Assembly (NCBI GenBank): GCA_963802945.1
Contig: CAWDKY010000029.1
Span: forward strand, 32,001-96,000
From: an uncultured delta proteobacterium
GTDB lineage: Bacteria; Desulfobacterota; RBG-13-43-22
Direction of reading: 5' to 3'
DNA length: 64,000 nucleotides
This document shows positions 22,049 through 33,205 of this stretch, piece after piece. The notes below the pieces were generated by a model. That model was not told the DNA's origin. It ran no database searches and saw only the letters and a program-made list of their open reading frames with translations. A program made the translations under genes and the position numbers. Positions within the stretch are counted from its first letter, which is position 1. Every line of letters begins with the position of its first letter.

Positions 22049-24229
22049 TTAGATCATAGCCTGCCTCTGAAATTGGTGATATTCAGCCAATTTCGAGAGG
22101 GCGAAGAAGGCCCTGGGAAGGCCCTCATAAACTGGAACGCCGGCCTTCAGCAGAATTTGTTCAAATAGGATGCGGGATTGCCTTATATCCGGGTCAGGCT
22201 GAAATTGCCTCCAGACCACCACCAGAGGCAGGTGGTGTGTATATTTCCAGGCCTCCCCGGCAATATAATGGGCTATCTTTTCAACCTGCCTGGCCGTTCC
22301 ATTTTCAAATAACCAGTCCAAATGAAGGGCCAGGACGAACATATCAACGGTTGACCCGGAGGACAGAAGATCCAGCGCTTGGCCTAGGAGATCCAATTCG
22401 AGAAAGACGATATGGGCATCAATCGGATTGCGGATCATGTTCCCGGCGGGAAGGATGAACCGGCGCAGTTTATTCTGGATCGCCAGGGGTAGAGCCGGCA
22501 AATTCAATCCCACCTTGGCACAACCATCCGCTGCGGCCACACCCACCCCTCCGCCGGTGCCGATGATGGCTACCCGCTGTCCGCGGCATTCCCCCAGATG
22601 GAGAAAAGCCAGGGTCACATCGGTCATCTCTTCCAGAGAATCAACCTGCACCGCACCGCTTTGCCGGAAAAAGGCCTTCCAGATTTTCTCGCCGCCGGCC
22701 AGGGACCCCGTGTGAGAGGCCACCGCCCTGGCCCCGGAGTCCGTCAACCCGCCCTTCATAATGATCACCGGCTTCTGACGATTGATCTCAGTGACCTGTC
22801 GGAGAAGCCTCTGTCCGTTCTTGACCCCTTCCAAATACATGGCGATGATCCGGGTCTGACCATCGTGGGATAAATACTCCAGAAAATCCGTACTGTCCAA
22901 GGTCAAGGCATTTCCGTAACTGAAGACCTTGCTGAAATAAATACCGAATTGGTTGGCGGCATAACTTGTAAAATCTCCGGCATTGCCTCCGCTCTGGCTG
23001 ACAAAGGCCACGGGTCCCTTCTCTGCGGGGGCTTTCACCCAAGTCACTATTCTCGACTCCGGAACATAGACTCCCATACAATTGGGGCCGAGGACTCGCA
23101 GACCCCCTTCCCGGGCGATCTTTTCAATTTCAGCCTGAAGTCGATGGCCTTCTTCCTCCCCTAGTTTCTTTGAAACCGGAGGTGAAGATATGGACGTTTT
23201 TATTGCCTGAAGCGATGCAATCCCTCAGGGCCTCGGGTACCAGGGGTGCCGGTACGGAGATGATGACCAGGTCCACCGGTTCGGGCAAAGAAACGAGATC
23301 AGGAAAGGTCTTATAACCATCAACTTCGTCGGTGTTAGGATTGATGGGATATAACCTTCCCGGAAAACCAAAGTCTCTGACGTTGGCAAACATGCCGGAA
23401 AAACCTTGAAATCGTGAGCGGGCCGCACCGACTACGGCAATGGACTTGGCGTGGACCATTACTCTCCAGGGCCGCATTGATCGCTTCTATTTCTTCTCTG
23501 GTCCGTTCCTTGGCTTAAAGGATCATCTTGAGCCGATGATTCATTCCTACTGATAACGACCAGGGCATCTACGGCGGTCACTTCACCTTTTGGGGTGACC
23601 AGCAAAGGATTGATATCCACCTCCATGATCTCCGGATGTTCCGTACCCAATCGCGACAGACCCATCATGACTCGGATCAAGGCCTCCTTGTCCGCGGCTA
23701 ACTCACCGCGAAAATCTTCCAGTAATTTTCGGGATGAAAGCTCCTCCATCATTCTCCGGGCCTGAATTTCATTGATCGGGGCTATCCGAAAGACCACATC
23801 CTGGATCACCTCGGTAAATACACCCCCCAATCCAAACATCACCACCAAACCGAACTGGGGATCACGGAACAACCCGGCTACAAACTCCCGCCGGCCTACA
23901 ACCAGCGGCTGAAGTAAACAACCTTCCAAGTCCGTGCCGGCGGAGGCCTGAATCTCAAGGTAAGCACGACTTACGTCTTCAGCAGACCATAAATTCAGCT
24001 TGACCAGACCCCGTTCTGTCTTGTGGGTTAATTTTGACCCTAATCCTTTTAAAACCACGGGAAATCCCCATTCCCGGGCTTGGGCGATCGCCGCTTCTTC
24101 ACTTTCAACAACCATCTCTTTGACTATCGGAAGGCCATAATGGCTCAATAATAGCTTGGACTCGGCCTCATCCAGAGAAAACCTTCCCTGTTTGCCGGCC
24201 TGTCCTATTAACTCAACGGGTTTTATCAT
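22049..24229 (-). CDS. ADP-forming acetate/acyl-CoA ligase (ATP-grasp + CoA-binding), broken by several indels
   Basis: EVDINPL, SIAVVGA...YPINP, SQSGG, ASHTGSLAG lie in three consecutive ORFs. Confidence 0.82.
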
Positions 24230-24573
24230 TTGTACCTCTCATCATATTTTTAAGCACTGCCTGATACCTTTCTTGACTATGGGAGAGCAATTGCCCATAG
24301 CCATACCTATCATTGCCTCTTTAATGGAAAAAGAAAAAACCAAATTGGAGGGCAAACAAAAAAAGGGGTTTGATACCGGGAATCAGGGCATCATGCTTTT
24401 CTTTTTGGGGTAGACAGCGAGAACCCCCGGCCTCTGGTTCCGGAGATTCTTTGTCTTTATCAAACCATATAAAGGAAGCAATAAAAAATCAAGGGAATTT
24501 TATCCCAATCCTGGCGTTGCTTGACACCCAGACAGGGTCGGGATATTATCCCTGCCGGAAAATGTGAGAGGCT

Positions 24574-25008
24574 ATGAAAGAGAAATACAGCTTTGATGAA
24601 ATTGAAATCGGCATGGAAATGGGGCCGCTTGAGCTTGACGTCAGCCCCGAGGCCATCGAAGAGCACCGTAACTGGACCCGGTGGGAGGTCGAGGTTGACG
24701 ACAACCCAGCCAATGCCTTGCCCGGAATCTTCCTCATCAACCACGTACGTCTGCTGACCGCCACCCTGGGTGGTGCAGGCAGCCGGATATGGGCCAAGAG
24801 CCGGCATGAATTCTTCAACCCGATACGAGTCGGCAGCCAGCTGGTGAAACGCGGCCGGATAGTCGACAAATATCTGAAACGCGGGAAGCAGTATCTTATC
24901 TATGAGATAGAGACCCGGGACCAGGATGGCACGCTCATCATGCGCAGCCGCGAGACTTCCTTTTTTGGGGAAAGCAGGGCGGGGAGCCAGGTAGAAGATG
25001 AAGGCTGA
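24574..25008 (+). CDS. MaoC/hotdog dehydratase-like subunit
   Basis: HEFFNPIRVG...IVDKYLKRGKQY pattern. Confidence 0.7.
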   Translation: MKEKYSFDEIEIGMEMGPLELDVSPEAIEEHRNWTRWEVEVDDNPANALPGIFLINHVRLLTATLGGAGSRIWAKSRHEFFNPIRVGSQLVKRGRIVDKYLKRGKQYLIYEIETRDQDGTLIMRSRETSFFGESRAGSQVEDEG

Positions 25009-25399
25009 TAGAAATGTAGAAGTGGGTGGGGAAATACCGTCCCTGAGAAAAACGGCCTACTCGCCGAAGGTTGATTTTGAGGTTACGCAGATTCATGATG
25101 AAGATTACGCCAAGGCACGCGGCTTCCGGGGTGACCTGGTCGGGGGCAACTTCCTGACCAGTTATGTTTTGGAAATGCTCTACCGCTACTTTGGCGACCC
25201 ATGGTGGAAACACGGCCGGATAGACGTCACTTTCGTCGGTGGGGGCGCGGTAACCGGTGACAAGTTGATAGCTAAAGGCGTAATCACCTCAAAGCAGGCT
25301 GAGGACTCCAGCGTCAGACTCTTCCTCGATATCCATCTGGAAAACTACACCACCGGCAATAAGATACTCGTCGGCACGGCCAGTTGCCGTGTGCCTTGA
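24998..25399 (+). CDS. MaoC family dehydratase
   Basis: IHDEDYAKARGF...G motif. Confidence 0.78.
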   Translation: MKADRNVEVGGEIPSLRKTAYSPKVDFEVTQIHDEDYAKARGFRGDLVGGNFLTSYVLEMLYRYFGDPWWKHGRIDVTFVGGGAVTGDKLIAKGVITSKQAEDSSVRLFLDIHLENYTTGNKILVGTASCRVP

Positions 25400-25427
25400 G
25401 TTTTCTGGCTAAATTGAACATTAAGTA

Positions 25428-25460
25428 GGGTCGGGCCAATTCATTTATGCGGCCCGACCC
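25428..25460. terminator. REP-like hairpin between convergent genes
   Basis: GGGTCGGGCC...GGCCCGACCC. Confidence 0.5.
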
Positions 25461-25490
25461 CTTAAAACCAATAAATGATAACCTGAGTTC

Positions 25491-26253
25491 CTACTTGGCC
25501 TTGTATTGCGGAGGGCGCTTCTGCGCGAAGGCCCGCGCCCCTTCCATGAAATCCTCGGTAGTGCGGATATAGGCGGCCAGTTGTTTCTCCAGCGCCAGGC
25601 CCTCCTCCAAAGTCATGCTGTAGCCGCGGATCATGGCTTCCTTGGTGGCCCTGACGCCCAGCGGTCCGCGGGAGATAATGGTATTGGCGATTTCCTTGGC
25701 GGTGTCCATCAGCTTGTCACGCGGCACTACCCGGCTCACTAGGCCGACACGGAGGGCCTCTGCGGCGTTGATCCGGTTGCCGGTGAGAAGGATCTCGGCA
25801 GCAACGGCCCTGGGGATAAAACGGGGCATCCTGATCGTGCCGCCGCCGCCGGGCATAAAGCCGATATTGACCTCGGGCTGGCCGAATTGGGCATTGTCCG
25901 CAGCGATTCGGATATCACAGGTCATGGCCAGTTCGCAGCCGCCGCCCAAGCAATAGCCGTGGATAGCGGCAATGAACGGCTTCCAGATGGTATCGGGACG
26001 TAGGGGGAGTACAGGCGTTGCGGCCTCCCCGCCGGTGGCTGGACGAAATCCCTTGATGTCGGCACCCGCACTGAAGGCCCGGTCGCCGGCGCCGGTCATG
26101 ATGGCCACCCAGAGATCGTTGTTAGCCCTGGAAATCCATATAGGCTTCTTGAAGCCCGTCCCGCACCTCAACGCTCAAAGAATTCATCGCTTCGGGACGG
26201 TTGATGGTGATGTAAGCAATTCTACCTTCTTTAACATATTCAACAGCAGCCAT
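25491..26253 (-). CDS. Enoyl-CoA hydratase/isomerase, frameshifted near 26150
   Basis: MAAVEYVKEGRIAYITINRPEAMN start; AFSAGADI, GGGCELAMTCD, FGQPE. Confidence 0.85.
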
Positions 26254-26337
26254 TTTTATTCTCCTTTTCTTGGTTGGTTATATAGTCTTTTCATCAAAGA
26301 TTTCTGTTTTGACCGTCATTTTCAGAAATATAGTTGG

Positions 26338-27162
26338 TTAATCCTTAAATTGATCATCTCTGGTTTTTACCCAGTCAACATTATACTGGGCAGCCCAGAC
26401 CTCAGGGTCGCGCCTCGTTCGGCTTAAGACCCAGAAATTGCATGAAGCCTTTATGGCCGCCGACTGTCCCATAATGTCAGCTGCTTGATTAATCGACATC
26501 TTCGAGGCCATCAGCCCCCAAGGGTCCAAGCAGGCTATTTTTTCGGCTATCTTCATGGTTTCCTCTTCAAGGCGCTCCTTGGGTACGACTCTATTGACAA
26601 TACCCAGACGCAGCGCTTCTTGAGCATCGATATAGTCAGCCAACCAAACCAGCTCCTTGGCCTTCCTGGGTCCTAATTCAATATAGTAAGCCGGATATTC
26701 AATGGAACCTCCTCCCCAACTTCTGGTGGTTTTTTCCTGGAACTGGGCATCATCGGCAGCAATAATGAGGTCGCAGGCAGCCGCTAACATCCAACTGGCC
26801 ATAATGCACCAGCCCTGAACCATAGCGATCGTCGGTTTCGGAATGTTCCGCCAATGATCACGTGGGTAGGAATAGACCCCTGTCTCCATATCTTTCAAAA
26901 ACCCGAGAGGTGTCTTGTCCCGTGGATTTTTTTCCTCCTCAAGCCGGGCTTGCTGGCTTCCCATATCATGCCCCGAGCCAAAATGCCTTCCGGCCCCGGC
27001 AACAACAATAACTCTAACTTCCTTGTCCTTTTCCGCCTCAGTAAAGGCATCGTCAAGTTCGGCATAGACCTGCCGGGTAATCGCATTCAGAACTTCAGGG
27101 CGATTAACGGTAATCTTGGCAATGCCTTCCTTTCTTTCATATAAAACAAAATCACGGTTCAT
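26338..27162 (-). CDS. Enoyl-CoA hydratase/crotonase family protein
   Basis: NRPEVLNA, FGSGHD, PKPTIAMVQG. Confidence 0.88.
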   Translation of the reverse strand: MNRDFVLYERKEGIAKITVNRPEVLNAITRQVYAELDDAFTEAEKDKEVRVIVVAGAGRHFGSGHDMGSQQARLEEEKNPRDKTPLGFLKDMETGVYSYPRDHWRNIPKPTIAMVQGWCIMASWMLAAACDLIIAADDAQFQEKTTRSWGGGSIEYPAYYIELGPRKAKELVWLADYIDAQEALRLGIVNRVVPKERLEEETMKIAEKIACLDPWGLMASKMSINQAADIMGQSAAIKASCNFWVLSRTRRDPEVWAAQYNVDWVKTRDDQFKD

Positions 27163-27215
27163 GCTCTTACCTCCCGAATATAAAATACGAGGTTCAGTAC
27201 TTTTTCACTCGATTT

Positions 27216-27629
27216 TCACTTACACTGCCCGATCCATCTCCCCTTCATGTTCTGGGTCATCTCCATACTCGCAGTTCTCATCTTTACAACTCCCTCAAAG
27301 GTATTTCCACTATAGGTCATCCTGCCATTGCTTGTTGACATGCCTTCCTTCGTTTTACACTCCATGACCCATGAGACCGTATCTCCTTTCACCTCAGTTT
27401 TAACCATCTTACATTCTTGTCTTGGCGACTGTTTCTGGGGCACCATATTCTTTTTTGTCAGACAATGGGTATAGGTGTACGGAGCCATCTTCGTGGGCGT
27501 CCCCGGCATTTCCATCGTCATTGTTATCTCCCAGAGTCCTTCATTCATATTTTGAGCTATGGAAATATCACTCAAAAAGAGAAACAAAACCGCCAAAATT
27601 GATACCAAAAAGACTTTCTTAATCATCAT
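27216..27629 (-). CDS. DUF3617 family exported protein
   Basis: Signal peptide, GLWEIT...C...GRWIGQC. Confidence 0.85.
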   Translation of the reverse strand: MMIKKVFLVSILAVLFLFLSDISIAQNMNEGLWEITMTMEMPGTPTKMAPYTYTHCLTKKNMVPQKQSPRQECKMVKTEVKGDTVSWVMECKTKEGMSTSNGRMTYSGNTFEGVVKMRTASMEMTQNMKGRWIGQCK

Positions 27630-27639
27630 TTTACCTCCT

Positions 27640-27705
27640 TATGGATTTTTTTATCGTTACTGTTTCCACCAACTCCACACGCCTATTCTGAGTACGACCA
27701 TTGTA
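27640..27705 (-). pseudogene. C-terminal remnant of an OmpA-family gene
   Basis: GRTQNRRVELV motif abutting a repeat element. Confidence 0.55.
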
Positions 27706-27709
27706 ATGA

Positions 27710-27930
27710 GGGTGAGGTCTATGATGTTTCACTCCCTTTATTCTTAACCAATGGTTAAAACTTCTGCTCAAATTTGTAAAGTGAAATTTCAGAAAGTCGA
27801 AAAGATTGGCTCGCAGCATCCCTGTTTTTCACCCACTCTTTTGGGGGGATAAAAGGTCGGTTTAAGACTTTTTTAACCCCTTTTTTAATATCTTTCAATG
27901 GAATTCAAACTTTTGTCTCGATCCGACCCC
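27710..27930. repeat. Composite of repeat families B (27710-27805) and A (27805-27930)
   Basis: B matches 42322-42420 and 40855-40925; A matches 28800-28927 and 40515-40612. Confidence 0.75.
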
Positions 27931-28109
27931 CATTTGAATCCGAATACGATGTTCATATAACATAATAACAGTTTTTAGAAGATTATCGAAATTGAAAATG
28001 GTATATTTTTAAAAAAGGATTCAAGGATTCAAGGGGCCATGGACCGCAGGGCGGAGTGAAAGGCATGGAAGTTAAACCCCTTGAAACTATTTTGTATAAG
28101 GAGGAATGA

Positions 28110-28670
28110 TATGGAAAAGACCGAACTGGCACCGGGCAGGGTCCCTTATCCCATGCCTTGCTCCCTGGTCGGAGCAAACGTATCCGGAAAACCAAACTAC
28201 CTGACTATTGCTTGGTTTACCATGGCCAATCCCAAACCGCCCTATGTCCTGGCGGTATTGAATAAGGCCCATTACACCAACGCCGGAATTAAAGAGAATG
28301 GGACATTCAGCATCAATATCCCTTCAGTCGTATTGGCCGATAGGGTGGACTACTGTGGGCTGGTCACAGGCCATAAAACCGACAAGTCCGGGTTCTTGAA
28401 ACCATGCGTAGACTCAAAACTGCGCCCATGATCAAGGAGTGTGCCTGTAACGTGGAGTGCAGGCTAGGAACGTACCGTCGACCTGCCGATGGAGGAGGAT
28501 TTCATGGGGAAATCGTTGCCCTTTACAGTGATGACCGATTTCTGACTGAAGGGGTTCCGGACTTAAAAAAAATGAATCCGTTACTGCTCATACAGTCGCA
28601 GAGAAGGTATGCCGCCCTTGGTTCGGACATCGGCCCGGCTTGGGAAATAGGGAAAGGATGGAAGAAATAG
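28110..28670 (+). CDS. Flavin reductase (flavoredoxin) family protein, frameshifted
   Basis: PMPCSLVG..GKPNYLTIAW, FSINIP, DYCG, APMIKEC..NVEC split over two ORFs. Confidence 0.8.
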
Positions 28671-28720
28671 AGGATTGAGGATCGAGGGCTGAGGACTGAG
28701 AGGAAAAGAAGTTCATAATA

Positions 28721-28795
28721 TAAAGGGGACAGATTTATTTATTGTTTGCCGTGTTCCAGTCGGCGCTTTAGAATAATGAAATCTGGTCCCCTTTA
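28721..28795. repeat. REP-like palindrome
   Basis: TAAAGGGGACAGATTT...AAATCTGGTCCCCTTTA. Confidence 0.65.
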
Positions 28796-28799
28796 ACCA

Positions 28800-28927
28800 A
28801 TTGGCTCGCGGCATCCCTGTTTTTCACCCACTCTTTTGGGGGGATAAAAGGTCGGTTTAAGGTCTTTTTACCCCTTGTTTTTAGTATCTTTCAATAGAAT
28901 TTCAATCTGTTGCCTCAGTCCGACCCC
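28800..28927. repeat. Repeat family A copy
   Basis: Close direct repeat of 27805-27930. Confidence 0.8.
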
Positions 28928-29135
28928 AATTCAACAATTCAAGCGATTCAGCAATTCACTTACGCGGATGGGCTGGATACTTCCTTTATCGCCATTGCAG
29001 TGCTACATTAGCCCGAGTGGGAGGAGAGAGTGATCACATCTGCGAAAGGAAAAGGTCAGAGATCGAAGAGGGAAGGAGAAGGGGGACTCTACAAGGTGCC
29101 GACCTCGGCGGGCTGGACAAAGCGGAATCCTTACG

Positions 29136-29290
29136 GTGAAGGATATCGGATAGCCCTGTGCAGGAAAATCCCGCCCTGCGGGATTTGATGAGGGAGGGCT
29201 GGAAACTCCGGACCGCTAAAGTTCAAATTAGATGCGTGCCTCAAAAAGCTCAAAAGCGGCCACAACTCGGCGCCAGCTCTCTACTCTAAC
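29136..29290 (+). mobile_element. Degenerate group II intron 3' end (domains V-VI), no RT ORF
   Basis: GGATAGCCCTGTGCAGGAAAA...GATTTGATGAGGGAGGGCTGG...CCAGCTCTCTACTCTAAC. Confidence 0.65.
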
Positions 29291-29524
29291 TATCCTCAGC
29301 ACACTGCTGCCAGCCTACACTATCGGCCGGGCACAGGGTGTTTCCGATAAAACCATCACCGCGTACATTATGAAGTAAGATTATAAAGCAACATTATAAA
29401 GTAAAAAAATAGAATTTTTTAAATATTAAGCATGTTGAAACTCGAACGCAGTTTTAGATTTTAATTAAACGACATATTAATAAGATACAGACTTAACATC
29501 GGTTAGCTGAAAAATATTATTTAT

Positions 29525-29554
29525 TTGACAAAATATGATTTCCTACATTATACT
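29525..29554 (+). promoter_or_regulatory. Sigma70-like promoter upstream of the ABC cluster
   Basis: TTGACA-N18-TATACT in an AT-rich region. Confidence 0.45.
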
Positions 29555-30147
29555 CCAATTGTGGTAAGTATAAGTAGCTTTATAATTGATGATATCACCA
29601 GTGGAAACACGATAACGTGAAGTATGGTCCATGAATTTATTTATCCATTTAATAATGAAAGAGAGATTTGGGGGATGGCATTGAATGTAATTTAGGCAGA
29701 TTTCTTATTAAAAAATATACTCCCGATACAAAAAGAAAGTTTTTATCAAACCAACAAATTTGATAAAGCCCCTTTTCCTTTGCCCTTCCTGGGAAAGAAC
29801 TTCCTCCGTAGCATCGTCATCAACATCTGGAAACAGATAATCGAATCTTCGGCGATCTCTTCTATAGCTGTTGCGATGAACTCAGCGATTTCTCCTTCCT
29901 CGAAGCATTGTATCGAATCCTTTCCTTTGCGGTGAACAGCATTCGTAAAATGGGCTCTTACCATGAGAAAAGGGACCATCTTTCTCTGATAAGATAATGG
30001 AGGCAGCTCTTGTTTAGGTTAATTGGTCATAGAACAAAATCGTTTTGAATAAAATCTAAAACCGAAAGTTGAATTATCAGTTTTCTAGTTAAAGTTTCAT
30101 GGCTCCTGTCAGGAGCACAAAAAAAACAAAAGGAGATCATTAAAGAT

Positions 30148-31423
30148 ATGATGAAAAAAAATGTATTTGTCTCTCTGGTAATGTTGGCTTTAGCCTTTCT
30201 TTTTCTATTAACCCCGGTATATGGCGCCCCTGCGTCAGGAAAACCGATCAAGATCGGGATCATCGGTCCGATGGATTCAAGGCTGGGTGCTCATTTGATG
30301 ATTACCGCCCAGATGGCTGCCGATGAAGTCAACGCTAGAGGGGGAGTCAAAGTGGGGAATGAAAAATTCCCGATTGAACTGGTCAAGATTTCATCCAACG
30401 AATTTAGAAAAAATAGCCGATGCCATAGCCGCTGCCGAGCGGGCCATTACGGTGGATAAGGTGAACTTTCTGATCGGCGGTGTAATAGTTGAAGCGATTT
30501 CGGCCATCCAGGATGTGGCTGCCGACAACAAGACCATTTACATCAACACTGCTTTTTCGGTAAGCCCGACACATTTGGAGAGACTGACAAAGGACTACAA
30601 CCGCTATAAATACTGTTTCGCGAATGCCCCTTTGGATGCCAAGGGATTAGGAAAAGTCCAGTTGGGGATTGTGGAAGCCGTGGCGAAAGCCGTCCAGCAA
30701 AAAGGCATTACCAAAGTCCGAGTGGCGCAGATGGTCGAAAAAAACGCCTCCGGTGACATACTGTTTGGCGTAACGTCAAAGGGCATCGCCGATCTGGGTT
30801 TTGTATCCACCGGCATCTGGAGGCCGTCCCCGGCGGCTACGGACCTGAGGGCGGAAACAGCCGCCATAAAGACGAGCAAGCCGCATATAATTCATGCTGT
30901 GTTCTCAAGCGCTGCAGGCATGATCTTTGGACAACAGTTGGAAGAGCTTCAGCTTCCAGCGATTGCCGCTGGTTCTCCAGCCGCATCTCTCTTCCCCGGC
31001 AAAGGCGGCATTGAATATTCTGTAACGATGATGTACCCTCCTTCCATCCCTATTAAAGTTTCTGATAAAAATGTGGCGTTTTACAACGAGTTTATAAAGC
31101 GTAGTGGCGGTGAAATGTGTTTCGGCAACTCTTATGATCCTATTCTGGATTTGGTGGCCAGCATTGAAAAGATCGGCACCCTGGATACAGATGCTATCAT
31201 CAAGGCCATGGAGAAAGTGGAATATAACGGCGTTTCCGGTTGGCAGAGGTTTGATCCGAAAGACCACCGGACCGTCAATTTAAGAGGATATTTGCCGGAT
31301 TACGGTGTGCAGCAGCTCAAGGGAAAATATGCGATCGTCTGGCCGTCGAACGCCCCGGTAGCGAAAGCGCAGCCGGTTCAGATTCCTCAGTGGATGATTG
31401 ATGCCTGGAAGAATGACAAATAG
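30148..31423 (+). CDS. Branched-chain amino acid type ABC substrate-binding protein, copy 1 (+1 frameshift in A6 run 30408-30413)
   Basis: Signal peptide, IKIGIIGP; collinear with intact paralogue 31626-32897. Confidence 0.85.
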
Positions 31424-31625
31424 GTGGTAACAGAAAAGTTCTTTTTAATCTCTTTGGGTAAATTCCCCGCCCCTTTGGGCGAATAGATTGTGGTTAGATA
31501 TAAAAAATATTTTGTTTGACAACATATTATATTTCTATATAAAAAACTCGATTGTCAGTTTTCTAGCTAAAGTTTCATGGCTCCTGTCGGGAGCACAAAA
31601 AAAACAAAAGGAGATCATTAAAGAC

Positions 31626-32897
31626 ATGATGAAGAAAAATTTATTTGTCCCTCTGGTAGTGTTGGCCTTAGCCTTCCTTTTTCTATTAACCCCGGTATAT
31701 GGCGCCCCTGCGTCAGGAAAACCGATCAAGATCGGGATCATCGGTCCGATGGATATGAGGACGGGCAATCATATGTTCATAACCGCCCAGATGGCTGTCG
31801 AGAAGATCAATGCTGCCGGCGGAGTCAAAGTCGGTACGACGAGGCGTCCGATTGAACTGGTCAAAATTACGTCTAATGAATTCAAGAAGGTCAGCGATGC
31901 CATAGCCGCTGCCGAGCGGGCCATTACGGCTGACAAAGTGGACATTCTGATTGGAGGCGTTGTAGCCGAAGCAGTAGCGGCCATACAGGATATTGCCGCC
32001 GATAATAAGACTATTTACATCAATGCCGCCTATTTCATAAGCCAGCCGTATGTCGATAGAATGACCAAGGACTACAACCGTTATAAATACTGTTTCTCCA
32101 CGGCGGCTGACGAAGCGTCGAACATTGCCAAGGTTCACATCGGAATAGTAGATGTCGTGAATACCGCGATCAAAAAAAGCGGCGTAAGCAAGGTTAGAAT
32201 AGCACAGATGGTCGAAAAAACGGCCGGCGGCGATTCGATTGTTCAACTGACTTCATCGGTATTTCCCAAAATGGGCATGGAAATATCAGGTAATTGGCGG
32301 CCGTCCCCCTCAGCTTCGGACCTCAGGGCGGAGACCGCCGCCATCAAGTCCAGCAACCCGAACATTATTTATACGGTGTTCTCCGGAGCTGGGGGAATCG
32401 TCTTCGGCAAGCAGTTGGCCGAGCTTAAAATCCCGGCTATTGTCGCCGGCTCTCCGGCCGCTTCCCTCTTTCCCAAGCAGGGAATTGAATATTCGGTTAC
32501 CATGATGGGCGCACAGTCCATTCCGATCAAAATAACAAAAACCAATCTGGCCTTTTATAACGAATTTTTAAAACGCAGCGGCGGTGAATTATGTGTCAAC
32601 ACCTTATATGACGCGGTCATGAATCTTGCGCACAACATTGAAGTGACGGGTTCCCTTGATGCGAATGCCCTGATTAAATCCATGGAAACCCAAGAATATG
32701 ACGGTATGGCCGGATACGTGAAGTATGATCCGAAAGATCACCGCGTTGTCTACTTGAAGGGATATAAGTCGACCTACGGTGTACAAATGATGCCGGAGGG
32801 TGAAGCGGCCATCGTTTGGCCTACGGATGCCGCCGTCAAAGCGAAGCCGGTACAAATCCCTAAGTGGATGATCGATGCCTGGAAGAATGTCAAATAG
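31626..32897 (+). CDS. Branched-chain amino acid type ABC substrate-binding protein, copy 2
   Basis: Signal peptide, PIKIGIIGP..INAAGGV, VWP; AGGAG RBS. Confidence 0.9.
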   Translation: MMKKNLFVPLVVLALAFLFLLTPVYGAPASGKPIKIGIIGPMDMRTGNHMFITAQMAVEKINAAGGVKVGTTRRPIELVKITSNEFKKVSDAIAAAERAITADKVDILIGGVVAEAVAAIQDIAADNKTIYINAAYFISQPYVDRMTKDYNRYKYCFSTAADEASNIAKVHIGIVDVVNTAIKKSGVSKVRIAQMVEKTAGGDSIVQLTSSVFPKMGMEISGNWRPSPSASDLRAETAAIKSSNPNIIYTVFSGAGGIVFGKQLAELKIPAIVAGSPAASLFPKQGIEYSVTMMGAQSIPIKITKTNLAFYNEFLKRSGGELCVNTLYDAVMNLAHNIEVTGSLDANALIKSMETQEYDGMAGYVKYDPKDHRVVYLKGYKSTYGVQMMPEGEAAIVWPTDAAVKAKPVQIPKWMIDAWKNVK

Positions 32898-32946
32898 GGG
32901 GTAATAGAAAAGTTTTTCAATAATTTTGTGATAAATTGACCGGGAT

Positions 32947-32985
32947 TCCGGAAGGGGGCTTAGGACCTTGTGAGCCCTCTTCCGA
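32947..32985 (+). terminator. Hairpin after the SBP gene (terminator or mRNA stabiliser)
   Basis: CGGAAGGGGGCTT...GAGCCCTCTTCCG. Confidence 0.45.
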
Positions 32986-33205
32986 AAGAATTTAACAGGG
33001 TGTTAAAAATAATCCTATCCCCGGCGTTTCAAAGGCTTTTCCCAATCCGATCGGTATGTCTTAATTCAAGGTGCGCAAGGAGTGAACCGTGGTATCTGTT
33101 CACCGAAGCGGCCCTGGGCATTCGATGTTGGGAATAAAAAACAGCAATCGCGGAGGCGCATTTATTTAAAACCTCAAAAAAGTAAAATAGGAGATTTGGT
33201 AATTT

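Noticed and set aside
29746-29979. 77-aa minus-strand ORF upstream of SBP1
   Set aside because: No recognisable motif; possibly a gene fragment but cannot be supported
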